A model generated the notes under the pieces. That model made no database searches and had not been told where the DNA came from. It was given only the letters and a program-made list of their open reading frames with translations. From positions 1 through 64,000 of the IMG/VR virus record IMGVR_UViG_3300044712_001084: 64,000 nucleotides of DNA. One strand, written 5' to 3'. Position 1 is the stretch's first letter. Each line of letters opens with the position of its first letter. Made by a program: the position numbers and the translations under genes. Shown in pieces: positions 37,226 to 46,237 of this stretch. Origin of the DNA: a virus.

Positions 37226-37742
37226 TCTTCTTAGCTGTCTTGGGCATCGCTAGCACGCAGAACGCGGCTTCGATACACACTTTACATTCTTCGCTATGCG
37301 GCTCAAAATACTTTCCAAAACATTCTGGCCTATTGGCCTCACGGCTCTGGCGGCATAGCGTAGCAACCTTGCACTTGCGACACGCTGGGTCTTTGTCATC
37401 CTCGAATGCGAAGCAATCGGGCATTTTATCCTGCGTGGCGCTAACGTTCAGCGACTTGCTGGCACCGGATACGTCTGCTGCTGTATTATCATCCCCCATC
37501 TCAAGAATGTTACCATCTTCATCTGTCAACGCAGCCGATATGCAAAACTCAGCTAGCGTCTCGGAACACTCTTGAAATTCTGGTACACCCTCCTCAATTA
37601 GATTGTCATAAATAGCCTTGGCCAGTTTCTTGGCAGTGGTAGCCTCTGGAGACACGTGCATGCCTAATTCCTCGGCAACCGCCATAAGCTCATCCTTGCG
37701 AAAGTCTTTGACCAGAGTGGTAATATCCTCGTTAGTGAGCAT
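37218..37742 (-). CDS. Hypothetical protein with helical N-terminus and Cys-rich C-terminus
   Basis: KDELMAVAEELG; two CF...CxxC...C repeats. Confidence 0.6.
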   Translation of the reverse strand: MLTNEDITTLVKDFRKDELMAVAEELGMHVSPEATTAKKLAKAIYDNLIEEGVPEFQECSETLAEFCISAALTDEDGNILEMGDDNTAADVSGASKSLNVSATQDKMPDCFAFEDDKDPACRKCKVATLCRQSREANRPECFGKYFEPHSEECKVCIEAAFCVLAMPKTAKKIA

Positions 37743-38415
37743 CCAACACCTCGTTATACAACTTGCGTATGGCGGTGAATGCGGCTTGCGCTTCTGTCTC
37801 TGTTATACATAGCGCTTGCGACACCATCCACGGCTTGATGCGTATCGTGGGATTTGCGAACACTGCGTACTGGCGCTGCGTATGAACCAAGAGGATATTC
37901 GTCAACCGTTCGTCACCCTGACCTAATACCAGGCAATCAAATACCTTTACGTGCACCGGATTAGTCAATCTGCTGCGCACCTCCATCACTCTATCCATAG
38001 AGTGCTGCATAGCCGCCAAATAATGCTCCGGTGTGGGCTCATTAGAGGTGAGAGATTCGCACGCCGCGTCTGACTCGATGGACTTGGTGCCCTGACCTAG
38101 TTTGCGATGCGTCCCATAATAGCGGTGGCGTAACTCGCTAACTCGATTGCGCAAGATTGTCTTCATAACGTTGAGCTTGGGCTCACCGTCATCCATCTTG
38201 GCATAGGTCTTGAGACCTTTGGCCAATTCCTCTAGTAATTCACTGGCAACCTCTTCTGGCTCCATAAGCACATCCACTGGATAATATTGCCAAGCCAGTT
38301 TCCAGATAAACTTGATCAACTTACTGTAGATCACTTGGTCCTCGCTGGCTTCCTGGCTCAGTCCTGTCTCTATATTACTAAACTTGCGTGTAGACAATTT
38401 TTGCAGGGTATCCAT
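37732..38415 (-). CDS. Second sigma-factor-like transcription protein
   Basis: Region-2-like (MEPEEVASEL...KTILRNRV), TPE linker, C-terminal HTH-like segment. Confidence 0.45.
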   Translation of the reverse strand: MDTLQKLSTRKFSNIETGLSQEASEDQVIYSKLIKFIWKLAWQYYPVDVLMEPEEVASELLEELAKGLKTYAKMDDGEPKLNVMKTILRNRVSELRHRYYGTHRKLGQGTKSIESDAACESLTSNEPTPEHYLAAMQHSMDRVMEVRSRLTNPVHVKVFDCLVLGQGDERLTNILLVHTQRQYAVFANPTIRIKPWMVSQALCITETEAQAAFTAIRKLYNEVLDAH

Positions 38416-38428
38416 GATAATTCTCCAA

Positions 38429-40756
38429 TTAGTCGTTCACAAAAACGAGTTCGTGTAAAGTGCGCGTATAAGCCACGTATTCAATGTTGCGCTCTTGGCG
38501 CTTCTCCCAATCCTTCTTGGCCATAGGGTGAGGTAACAACTCAGGGTGTAAGATATAAACTCTCTCAGCCTCCAAGCCCTTGGCGCGGTGGATAGATGAA
38601 AATACCACACCCTCACTCTTGTCGCTGAAAATAGCGTCAATCTTAGCCTCTACCTGACCCACGTTAGTGCAGCCGTCTGCCAGAGCGATGATTGTCTGGA
38701 TCTTATCTTCCAGAGCCTGGGCTTGGGTGTTCTTCTCGGCAGCCACCAGCTTAGCCACTTCCACTTTCTGATACTCGCTAGCTTTTATCACTAGATCGTG
38801 GATATCCACAGCGCGCATCTTGCGAATAAACGCTACCAGACCTTTACCGATATCGCGCCCACGGATGGTGGCTTTGATGCCTCTGCGAATGAGTTCGAAT
38901 ACAGGTTCCACGAGTGGGGCATTGGTGCGGCAAATTACCATGTCGCCAACTTTATACTCGTCAATAGCCTTCTCGCCAGAGACGGAGCGAATGATGCCCT
39001 CTTCTGCCCACTCGGCAGCCTCAATCGGAATCTCAGGCCACTTCTGATTACATAGCCGAACCACGCACTTGGGATTGCGGTACGTGATCGATAATGGTAA
39101 AGTTTCGGCGTCCAGCATATGGATCAAGTTGGGAATGGCTTCGGCATCTGCCCCACGGAAGCCGTAAATGCTCTGGTACCGATCACCCACACCGATTAGG
39201 ATGCCACCAGGCTTTACTAACCGGATAGCTAGCTGTCCCATACACTTGTTGGTGTCCTGGAATTCATCGACAAATACCACATCGTACTGCTCACCGCGTA
39301 AGTTCAAAATCACGGGCAACCAGCACATATCGTCAAAGTCGATGATATTGGTAATCTTGGCCGCGTGCTCAATAACGTAAGCCACAGCCTGATAAATAAC
39401 CTCTTCGTCACCGTTCAATTCGATGCCGTGATAATCTGCCAGCTGCGATAAATTCTCTGGAGTGGGCTCAACCAGATTTGCCTTGACTAACTCCACGAGA
39501 GATTTGACTGGACCGTATAAATGCTTCTGGGTCGTGCGGTCCAAGACTGGTTCCAATATCATATCTGTCTTGCAAATACCTAGCTCGTCATCCAACTTGA
39601 TCTCAGAGCCGTTATCCAGAGCCTTGACAAGAATGCCGAACCCAAGAGAGTGGTACGTGGATACCTTGACGTGTTTGGGAGCCTTCTTGCGATTGGCGAT
39701 AGCGATGCCCTTGTTATACGAGACAAAGACCACGCTGAACTGGGTGGGGATGCGCTCAAGCATTTTCAACCCGGTGGTGGTTTTGCCGGACCCTGCTACT
39801 GCCTCAACCACGAGGGCACGAATATAGCTAGCCGACACCTGAACGGTATCCGTGACCCAATTCCAGATAGCCGTCTGGTATTTACTCGGTGCGAATTCCT
39901 TGGGCTTGGCCGTCTCTGCTGGCTGCGACTCTAGCGCTGGAATAAGAGTGTTGGAAAGTTTACTGGATAATGAGGCTTGATAATCTGGATCTGACTCAAA
40001 GGCTGCGCGCTCTTCCTGAGCCTCACGGTCCGCAAAGCGCTGCTTCATTTCCATCTTTTCGTTGATAGCTTGCTGGCTGGCTAGATCCACCGTGCTGGTC
40101 GTGTCGGTGTCCACATCGTTGAGGTTACGCGTACCGTTGCAGGATGGATAACGCGTGCAACCGTAAAATTGGCTGCCATCGCTGCGCCGCGTACGCATGG
40201 CCATAGGAGCGTTGCACTTTGGGCACGTTGGCGCTACTGGAATGGGCTTGCCTGTTAAGGTCTGGAGAGGCTTGGCCGCCATAGGCTGGGCCGCGTCTTC
40301 TATATTACGCGTGCCATTGCAGGATGGAAATTTGCGGCAGCCGTAAAATTGGCCACCATCCGATTTGCGCGTGCGCGCTACCATCTCACCGCCACACTTG
40401 GGACACGTTGGCGTATTGTAAAGGCTCTGGGCTGTCTCTAGTACCTGGTCTATGACCTTGGATAATCGCGTAACCCAGCCCGGTGCGCGTGTGACGTATG
40501 CCTGCTCTTTTTTAGCTAGCGGCTTGCCCTGGTCGTTAGTAAGCCATACACGGATTGAGTTCTCACCCGTATCGGCTGCGTACCCGCTATGATCGATGGA
40601 AGAATTGATCTGGATTTGATAATCCGGACGAATGTGTAAGGTGTAACGTAATTCACCCTGCACAAAACCCACCATGCGCCAAGACAAGGATTTTGCCGTG
40701 GCGATGATGATTAGTGTATCTTCAAACTGGGTCTTGGAAAATTTGTCGGTAGACAT
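38429..40756 (-). CDS. UvrD/Rep SF1 helicase with two topoisomerase-type C4 zinc ribbons
   Basis: CPKC..FYGC..FPSC twice; AVAGSGKT, VDEFQD, GDRYQSIYGFRGA, SIHRAKGLE, YVAYTR. Confidence 0.88.
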   Translation of the reverse strand: MSTDKFSKTQFEDTLIIIATAKSLSWRMVGFVQGELRYTLHIRPDYQIQINSSIDHSGYAADTGENSIRVWLTNDQGKPLAKKEQAYVTRAPGWVTRLSKVIDQVLETAQSLYNTPTCPKCGGEMVARTRKSDGGQFYGCRKFPSCNGTRNIEDAAQPMAAKPLQTLTGKPIPVAPTCPKCNAPMAMRTRRSDGSQFYGCTRYPSCNGTRNLNDVDTDTTSTVDLASQQAINEKMEMKQRFADREAQEERAAFESDPDYQASLSSKLSNTLIPALESQPAETAKPKEFAPSKYQTAIWNWVTDTVQVSASYIRALVVEAVAGSGKTTTGLKMLERIPTQFSVVFVSYNKGIAIANRKKAPKHVKVSTYHSLGFGILVKALDNGSEIKLDDELGICKTDMILEPVLDRTTQKHLYGPVKSLVELVKANLVEPTPENLSQLADYHGIELNGDEEVIYQAVAYVIEHAAKITNIIDFDDMCWLPVILNLRGEQYDVVFVDEFQDTNKCMGQLAIRLVKPGGILIGVGDRYQSIYGFRGADAEAIPNLIHMLDAETLPLSITYRNPKCVVRLCNQKWPEIPIEAAEWAEEGIIRSVSGEKAIDEYKVGDMVICRTNAPLVEPVFELIRRGIKATIRGRDIGKGLVAFIRKMRAVDIHDLVIKASEYQKVEVAKLVAAEKNTQAQALEDKIQTIIALADGCTNVGQVEAKIDAIFSDKSEGVVFSSIHRAKGLEAERVYILHPELLPHPMAKKDWEKRQERNIEYVAYTRTLHELVFVND

Positions 40757-40828
40757 AGATGCCCTCTGTATAACCTCTGCCAAGGTTGGAAATGGACTGA
40801 CCCGGCTGGCTAGCGCCAACCTACTAAC

Positions 40829-40857
40829 ATTATAACCGTTATCCTAATAAAAGTAAA
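40829..40857 (-). promoter_or_regulatory. Host sigma70-type promoter
   Basis: TTTACT-17 bp-TATAAT on minus strand. Confidence 0.7.
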
Positions 40858-40891
40858 GTGGTTCATTATGGTAAATTCCAAGTTATTTCAG

Positions 40892-40964
40892 CACCCTCGG
40901 TGGGATTCGAACCCACAACCGTCAGCTTAGAAGGCTGCTGCTCTATCCGTTGAGCTACAAGGGC
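40892..40964 (-). tRNA. tRNA-Arg(UCU)
   Basis: GCCCTTGTAGCTCAACGGATAGAGC...CTTCTAA...GGTTCGAATCC cloverleaf; no encoded CCA. Confidence 0.88.
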
Positions 40965-40993
40965 AAAGCCCTCTCTTGCGAGAGGGCTGGCTA

Positions 40994-41296
40994 TTACTCT
41001 TTGAACGCTATATAACCGATAATCGAGGTGCCTATGTTGGACAACGCTTGGGCCGCTTGATAATCGCCATAGAGCCTGTCCAAGTAAGCGCTTACGTAAT
41101 CGCGCACCATCCTTTCTATCCAATTTTTGGGTGGAGCAGCCATAACCAGCGCTTTCAATACATCTGCCATACGTGCATAATCTGCGGCATACTGTAAAAG
41201 GTCTTGCTGGAATAACGTGGATTTGATAGGCTTGGCACGATATAAAATCCACAGCGCTAGATACACTCCCAAGGGCAGACTCAATAACTGCGGCAT
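40994..41296 (-). CDS. Hypothetical protein
   Basis: GGAGG RBS. Confidence 0.6.
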   Translation of the reverse strand: MPQLLSLPLGVYLALWILYRAKPIKSTLFQQDLLQYAADYARMADVLKALVMAAPPKNWIERMVRDYVSAYLDRLYGDYQAAQALSNIGTSIIGYIAFKE

Positions 41297-41314
41297 AAGA
41301 CCTCCATGATAATC

Positions 41315-41836
41315 TTAGCTAGACGGTGACACCAGGACCCAAGGCTGTTCGTCTAACAATACGGCTGGAAATAGCAGAACCAGGCAATTGCGTGATAGAC
41401 TGGCCATCCAGGTCAGCACCTGGCCACCGTTCAATCCCACAGCCGTCTTGATGGTTTCTGGAACAGCTGCCGCGCTGACCGTTTGCCAGCCGTTCGTTTT
41501 GAGATAGTTCACGAATTGCTCAGCGTTGGTGAAGTTGATCAAGTTGCCAGTCATGCGATAATTATACACGGCTTGCTGGGATGGGTTCACGCCCACAAAT
41601 CCGAACCCGGACTCCATCCCCCAGCCAAAGATATACTTACCACCCTGCTCCATGATAATCGTACCTGCTCTGGACTCCAGAGCCTGTCGAATGCCGAACT
41701 GCACGGTACCCGGCTGGATGCCCACGACATCGCCAGCAATGGGCTGCGGAGGCTGATAGCCAGCCATAACAGCCAGAGCCATAACCACAGTAACCAGAAG
41801 AGCGATAAAACCCATGATATACTTCATATCAACCAT
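41315..41836 (-). CDS. Membrane-anchored/exported hypothetical protein
   Basis: N-terminal hydrophobic segment. Confidence 0.6.
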   Translation of the reverse strand: MVDMKYIMGFIALLVTVVMALAVMAGYQPPQPIAGDVVGIQPGTVQFGIRQALESRAGTIIMEQGGKYIFGWGMESGFGFVGVNPSQQAVYNYRMTGNLINFTNAEQFVNYLKTNGWQTVSAAAVPETIKTAVGLNGGQVLTWMASLSRNCLVLLFPAVLLDEQPWVLVSPSS

Positions 41837-41883
41837 CCATCCTTTCTGCTAATATAGTGGACCGTCACCATGACAATCCTGAA

Positions 41884-41955
41884 TGGGCCCAGATGGACTC
41901 GAACCATCAACCAAACGATTATGAGACGCGTGCTCCGCCATTGAGCTATGGGCCC
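41884..41955 (-). tRNA. tRNA with CAU anticodon, probably Ile2 (lysidine type)
   Basis: GGGCCCATAGCTCAATGG...CTCATAA...GGTTCGAGTCC...GGGCCCA; acceptor and loop resemble Ile2; anticodon stem imperfect. Confidence 0.75.
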
Positions 41956-41978
41956 AGCATTACCAGTAAACTTTACCG

Positions 41979-42566
41979 CTAAACTTTAGGTACCGTTATA
42001 CCACGCTGACCCTGGTATTTACCTTTCTTGTCTGCGTATGACTTGAGGCATACCTGGTCTGCTTCAAAAAATAACACCTGCGCGATGCCCTCGTTAGCGT
42101 ATATCTTGGCCGGGAGTGGAGTTGTATTGCTAATCTCTATAGTGACGTGCCCTTGCCACTCCGGCTCAAATGCCGTGATATTGGCCACGATGCCGCACCT
42201 GGCGTAGGTGGATTTGCCGAGACATATTGTCAATACGCCACGAGGAATGCGGAAGTACTCCACGCTGCGCGCTAGAGCGAAAGAGTTTGGCGGTACGATC
42301 ACGTACCCATCATTGGCGCAGACTTCCTCTACAAACTTGATGTCAAAGTTCTTTGGATCTATGATCCCAGGCCAGATGTTGGAGAAGATTTTGAATTCCT
42401 CGGCAACCCGCATATCGTACCCATACGATGACACGCCATAGCTGACGACCTTGGATGCGTGACGATACGGTGTAGCCTCTAAATGACTGACCTGGTCTGC
42501 TGAGAACGGCTCTATCATGCCGCGTTCGGCTTGGTCAATAATCCATGCATCATTTTTCAATCCCAT
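41979..42566 (-). CDS. dcd: dCTP deaminase
   Basis: [39 protein letters not shown]. Confidence 0.95.
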   Translation of the reverse strand: MGLKNDAWIIDQAERGMIEPFSADQVSHLEATPYRHASKVVSYGVSSYGYDMRVAEEFKIFSNIWPGIIDPKNFDIKFVEEVCANDGYVIVPPNSFALARSVEYFRIPRGVLTICLGKSTYARCGIVANITAFEPEWQGHVTIEISNTTPLPAKIYANEGIAQVLFFEADQVCLKSYADKKGKYQGQRGITVPKV

Positions 42567-42685
42567 CGGTAATTCTCCGAGTTTGCTAGAGAGTAATAAG
42601 TTGGTTATATTTACCAGCCTAGTATAATAAACTTGCGCACCCATCGATTTGACTGGGTGCGCAAGAGGTCTTGGAAAGTATTGGA

Positions 42686-44005
42686 TTACATGCTGGAAGT
42701 GATAAACTCGCTAATGATCTGGCGCAGTAAACCAGGCAGCGTGTCTCGATTAGCAGGATATTGAACGCACCGCTTCGGAAGCGTTCCATCGCTCCATTCA
42801 TTCTCACGCATGAAGTTCAGCATGACCGTCTGGAGATTGCCATTACGTCTCTCCTGTATCTCATCAGCCTTGCGGATATCGCTGGGATGCTCCAAAACAG
42901 CGTCTGTGAGCACAATATCTAGCCGTGCGCAACCCGGCTCACTTTCTTCCTTCTCCCAGCGCTCAATCTGCTCAAACAATGGATAGATCCATGTATCTTC
43001 ACCGCTGAAAATCGAGTTACCGCTGCCCAGATAACGTGGGTGGAATTCACTGAACTCTGCCAGAGCCAATCCGTTCTCGGCATCCTTCTCTGGGTCATAA
43101 TATGGGCTCAGTCGTAAGCGCTCTGCGCGTTTACCAATCTCACTATCCTCGGAGCCTTGATTCAACCCGAACTTGAAGAATGCTACATAAAGATCGTTGG
43201 GATGCTCTGCGTGGAGTTGCTTGAGAGTCAAACCCATATCACGGAAGGCAATGGCCGCGTCCATATGAACACCGTTGTAATACATCGAGTTCGTGCAATC
43301 CAGTGTAAGCGTGATCTGCAACTTGACGCCACCTGGTCTGCGTACTTCCTCGCTGAAACCATAGCCAGTCGTGTAGCCGTCTACCACGTCATCCAGATAA
43401 TCGCCAGCATCCCTGCCACTCAACTCAAAGACATCGAACGCAGTGGCAAAATCGCTAGCGATAGCGCCAGTCACCAATTCCACATTCTTGTTGACCGTGT
43501 CGGCTGCCTCTCGATTGAGCTTGGCCACCTCTGCCTCTCTGGCTTTGCGCTCTTTCTCCCAGCGCTGATTATATTCCTCGTCACGCTTGCGCTGAACCTG
43601 CTCCAGCACCAACTTCTTATTGATATAGCCCTTTACCAGGTGCGTGTAGAACTCCACCCAAATCCCATCTTTACGAGGTGACTTGGCTTTTATCATTCTG
43701 CGCGCACGGCTGTCGCTAGCCTGGACATACATCAGCCAGCGCTCTGGCTCGTACTGGTCTGGGTCATAAACGTTAGCGATATCCTCCAAATTGAACCGCA
43801 TCGTGGAATGCTTCAAAAGATAGTAGCACTGGTCATCGCTCAGGCTCATTAGCCAGCTATCCGCTAACCCGCTAGCCGTGTAATTGCTCTCGAACCATTC
43901 CCAAGCGCTCTTGCTGGAACCGCGTCCCTCGTCATCGTAACTGTAGCTAGAGCCGCCACCGTAGCCACCGCGTCCTGATCTGTAACGAACATCACCGTTT
44001 GGCAT
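42686..44005 (-). CDS. vWA-domain protein (partner of MoxR ATPase)
   Basis: LDCTNSM MIDAS-like, IVLTD; adjacent to AAA ATPase. Confidence 0.65.
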   Translation of the reverse strand: MPNGDVRYRSGRGGYGGGSSYSYDDEGRGSSKSAWEWFESNYTASGLADSWLMSLSDDQCYYLLKHSTMRFNLEDIANVYDPDQYEPERWLMYVQASDSRARRMIKAKSPRKDGIWVEFYTHLVKGYINKKLVLEQVQRKRDEEYNQRWEKERKAREAEVAKLNREAADTVNKNVELVTGAIASDFATAFDVFELSGRDAGDYLDDVVDGYTTGYGFSEEVRRPGGVKLQITLTLDCTNSMYYNGVHMDAAIAFRDMGLTLKQLHAEHPNDLYVAFFKFGLNQGSEDSEIGKRAERLRLSPYYDPEKDAENGLALAEFSEFHPRYLGSGNSIFSGEDTWIYPLFEQIERWEKEESEPGCARLDIVLTDAVLEHPSDIRKADEIQERRNGNLQTVMLNFMRENEWSDGTLPKRCVQYPANRDTLPGLLRQIISEFITSSM

Positions 44006-44019
44006 CGTTTTATCCCTCG

Positions 44020-45240
44020 TTAGTTATTGCGAACAAATTGGCGTAGCACGTCTTCCGCAGCGCGTGCCTCAACCTGGCTGTCGATGGAGCCAATGACAGC
44101 CTTGCGCAAAGCCTTTACCACGTCTTCCTCGATACCGTTATTGATCAGCGTGATGGCATCGATCAATCTGCGCGTGGTGATCTGATAGCGGAAACGCCCA
44201 CGCTCATAGGCATCCCACATCGCCTGACCGAACTTGACAATCGTATTGGCCCAGTGACCATCGTTGGCGATGGATGCGCCCTCTGGCAAACCGTGAGCCT
44301 CCAGGATGCGCCGCAAACCCTGCTCATTCGGGAATGGGACCTGAATGGAAAAGAAGCGGTCCTTGAACGACTGCGGAAGAGGCTTGGTACCGATCAAGCC
44401 TGGGTTATAAGAAATGATCAAGCGAAAGTCTGGATGAACTGGGTATGCCTTGCCGTTGATAGAGACGGTATAAGGCTCTGCCATTTGCGTGTTCATGTAC
44501 ATAATGGCGTCAGGCTCAGCCGCGTTGATCTCAGTCGCCAGTACCCACCATCCGTTGACGGCTGCTGCTGCGTACTCGGCAACCTCGAAAAATGATGTAC
44601 CGTTGACAATCTGGGATGACCCAGAGAGGTCTTTGCGCCGCAACCCGGCATCGCCACCCACGACCACGAGAGGCTTGCCGAGGGCTGACGCTAACTGGAT
44701 AATGGCCGTGTCTTTGCCGACACCTGGAGGGCCAGCCAGCGCTATGTGCTTGCCCAGCATGAGCATGCGTTCCATAATGGGGTACCAGTCGGGCTGACGG
44801 AAATAATCCTTGAAGTCCGGGATTGGCGGCATCTGCGGCCATACCATCTTGGCCTCAAGATTGTCATCCGAGGATGCTTGGCGTCCATTTACGAGTGCCT
44901 GGAGTAATTGCGACAAATCTGACGTATTGAGAGTGGGCTGCGAGTCATCGCTAACGATAACCTTGGATTTGCTGCGACTGTCGGTGGAAATAGGTTGCGG
45001 TGCTCGTACGATTGGAGAGTGGTACGCTACGGTCTGGCTATTGGCGTCCCAATTTTTGACGATTGAGACGTTGTCCGTCATCTTCATAAGCCACTGAAAC
45101 ATATAACCCCACTGCTTCTGGCCACCTACCTCTGCGAGTTGGGTATTGGATAACGGCTGGCCATTCGCTGCCTCGAATGCCTCGAAAATATTATCAATCG
45201 GGCTGCCCTTCTTGATCCTGAGTAAATACTGTTCTTTCAT
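44020..45240 (-). CDS. MoxR/CobS-like AAA+ ATPase
   Basis: GPPGVGKD, ATEINAA, HPDFRLI, NPG..GTKPL..SFKDRF. Confidence 0.85.
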   Translation of the reverse strand: MKEQYLLRIKKGSPIDNIFEAFEAANGQPLSNTQLAEVGGQKQWGYMFQWLMKMTDNVSIVKNWDANSQTVAYHSPIVRAPQPISTDSRSKSKVIVSDDSQPTLNTSDLSQLLQALVNGRQASSDDNLEAKMVWPQMPPIPDFKDYFRQPDWYPIMERMLMLGKHIALAGPPGVGKDTAIIQLASALGKPLVVVGGDAGLRRKDLSGSSQIVNGTSFFEVAEYAAAAVNGWWVLATEINAAEPDAIMYMNTQMAEPYTVSINGKAYPVHPDFRLIISYNPGLIGTKPLPQSFKDRFFSIQVPFPNEQGLRRILEAHGLPEGASIANDGHWANTIVKFGQAMWDAYERGRFRYQITTRRLIDAITLINNGIEEDVVKALRKAVIGSIDSQVEARAAEDVLRQFVRNN

Positions 45241-45290
45241 TGCCTTGTCCTCTGGTACGGCTTGGATTTGACGTAATTAGCCGTGATTAG

Positions 45291-45319
45291 ATTATAGCTG
45301 GACCTATGCAAAAAGTAAA
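45291..45319 (-). promoter_or_regulatory. Host sigma70-type promoter
   Basis: TTTACT-17 bp-TATAAT on minus strand. Confidence 0.7.
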
Positions 45320-45331
45320 GTGGGATTTTGC

Positions 45332-46237
45332 TCAAAATCCAAGACTATACATGATTTGAGTCTTGGAGTTGTAGGGAACTTCTGTAAATACGCTATCAGG
45401 CTCAGCCGGGTCACCCTTCTGAAATTTCCATAGCGTGACACGCTTCCCATTGCGATGTAGAGCCTGGGCCAGATGTTGTATAGAGGTCCACGCGTCTGGC
45501 TCAACCGTAATGATAAAGTGCTCCACAGCGCTAGCTATCAAGCGCTCCAACTTTTCTGGCGGTGCCTCTTTTCCTACCAACGCCAGAGCATTCTCCCCAA
45601 CCGCCATGGCGCTGAAGCAACCCTCGCATATCACGACCTCGTTATACAATTCCAACGCTTCGCTATTGAATAGGTGACACTTGGACTCTGCCTTAGGATT
45701 GAGGTACTTAGGCTCTAGCCAACTATATATGGATCTACCCTGCCAATACTCATCCTCCACCGGAATTATCAAACGACCTTCCACACTCGGTGCGTATCCT
45801 AGTTGATAGCGTTCGGCATGCCGTCTGGTAAATCCTCTGCGTTTGAGATAGCGCATAAACGGTTTACTAGATACATCGCCTGACCGCAATACACAAAAGT
45901 CATCAGGCAATCCACGCATCTTGGGCTTTGCGTCATGGACTTCGCTAGTCAACCGCGTCACCTGGCTAGCAAAATCTTTAGCCTTGGGAACTACGTATAA
46001 TTCAGCCAGCGCGTGTACATAATCGAGTCCAGAGGTGTCAATGACAAAACCTATCCACGTGGACTTGTAACCGCATCTGAAGCAATGCACTACGTGACGC
46101 TCAAGGCTCACGTATAGATGCTGCTTAGAATCACCTCCGCTGCAATAAGGGCAATCTATACGATAATCTGTTGTAGGATTGCCATAAGGCAATATAGGTG
46201 TGAAATTGCGCTCTATATAGCCCTCTATGCTAAGCAT
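45332..46237 (-). CDS. DNA primase (Zn finger + TOPRIM)
   Basis: CPYC..H..HCFRCG; WQGR, KYLN, ICEG. Confidence 0.82.
   Translation of the reverse strand: MLSIEGYIERNFTPILPYGNPTTDYRIDCPYCSGGDSKQHLYVSLERHVVHCFRCGYKSTWIGFVIDTSGLDYVHALAELYVVPKAKDFASQVTRLTSEVHDAKPKMRGLPDDFCVLRSGDVSSKPFMRYLKRRGFTRRHAERYQLGYAPSVEGRLIIPVEDEYWQGRSIYSWLEPKYLNPKAESKCHLFNSEALELYNEVVICEGCFSAMAVGENALALVGKEAPPEKLERLIASAVEHFIITVEPDAWTSIQHLAQALHRNGKRVTLWKFQKGDPAEPDSVFTEVPYNSKTQIMYSLGF

Noticed and set aside
29686-37253. Long plus-strand ORFs (e.g. 29686-30012, 36428-37234, 36702-37253)
   Set aside because: Antisense shadows of biased minus-strand genes; no RBS or protein-like features.
40866-41252. 128-aa ORF in the track
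   Set aside because: Overlaps tRNA-Arg and the better-supported 40994-41296 gene.
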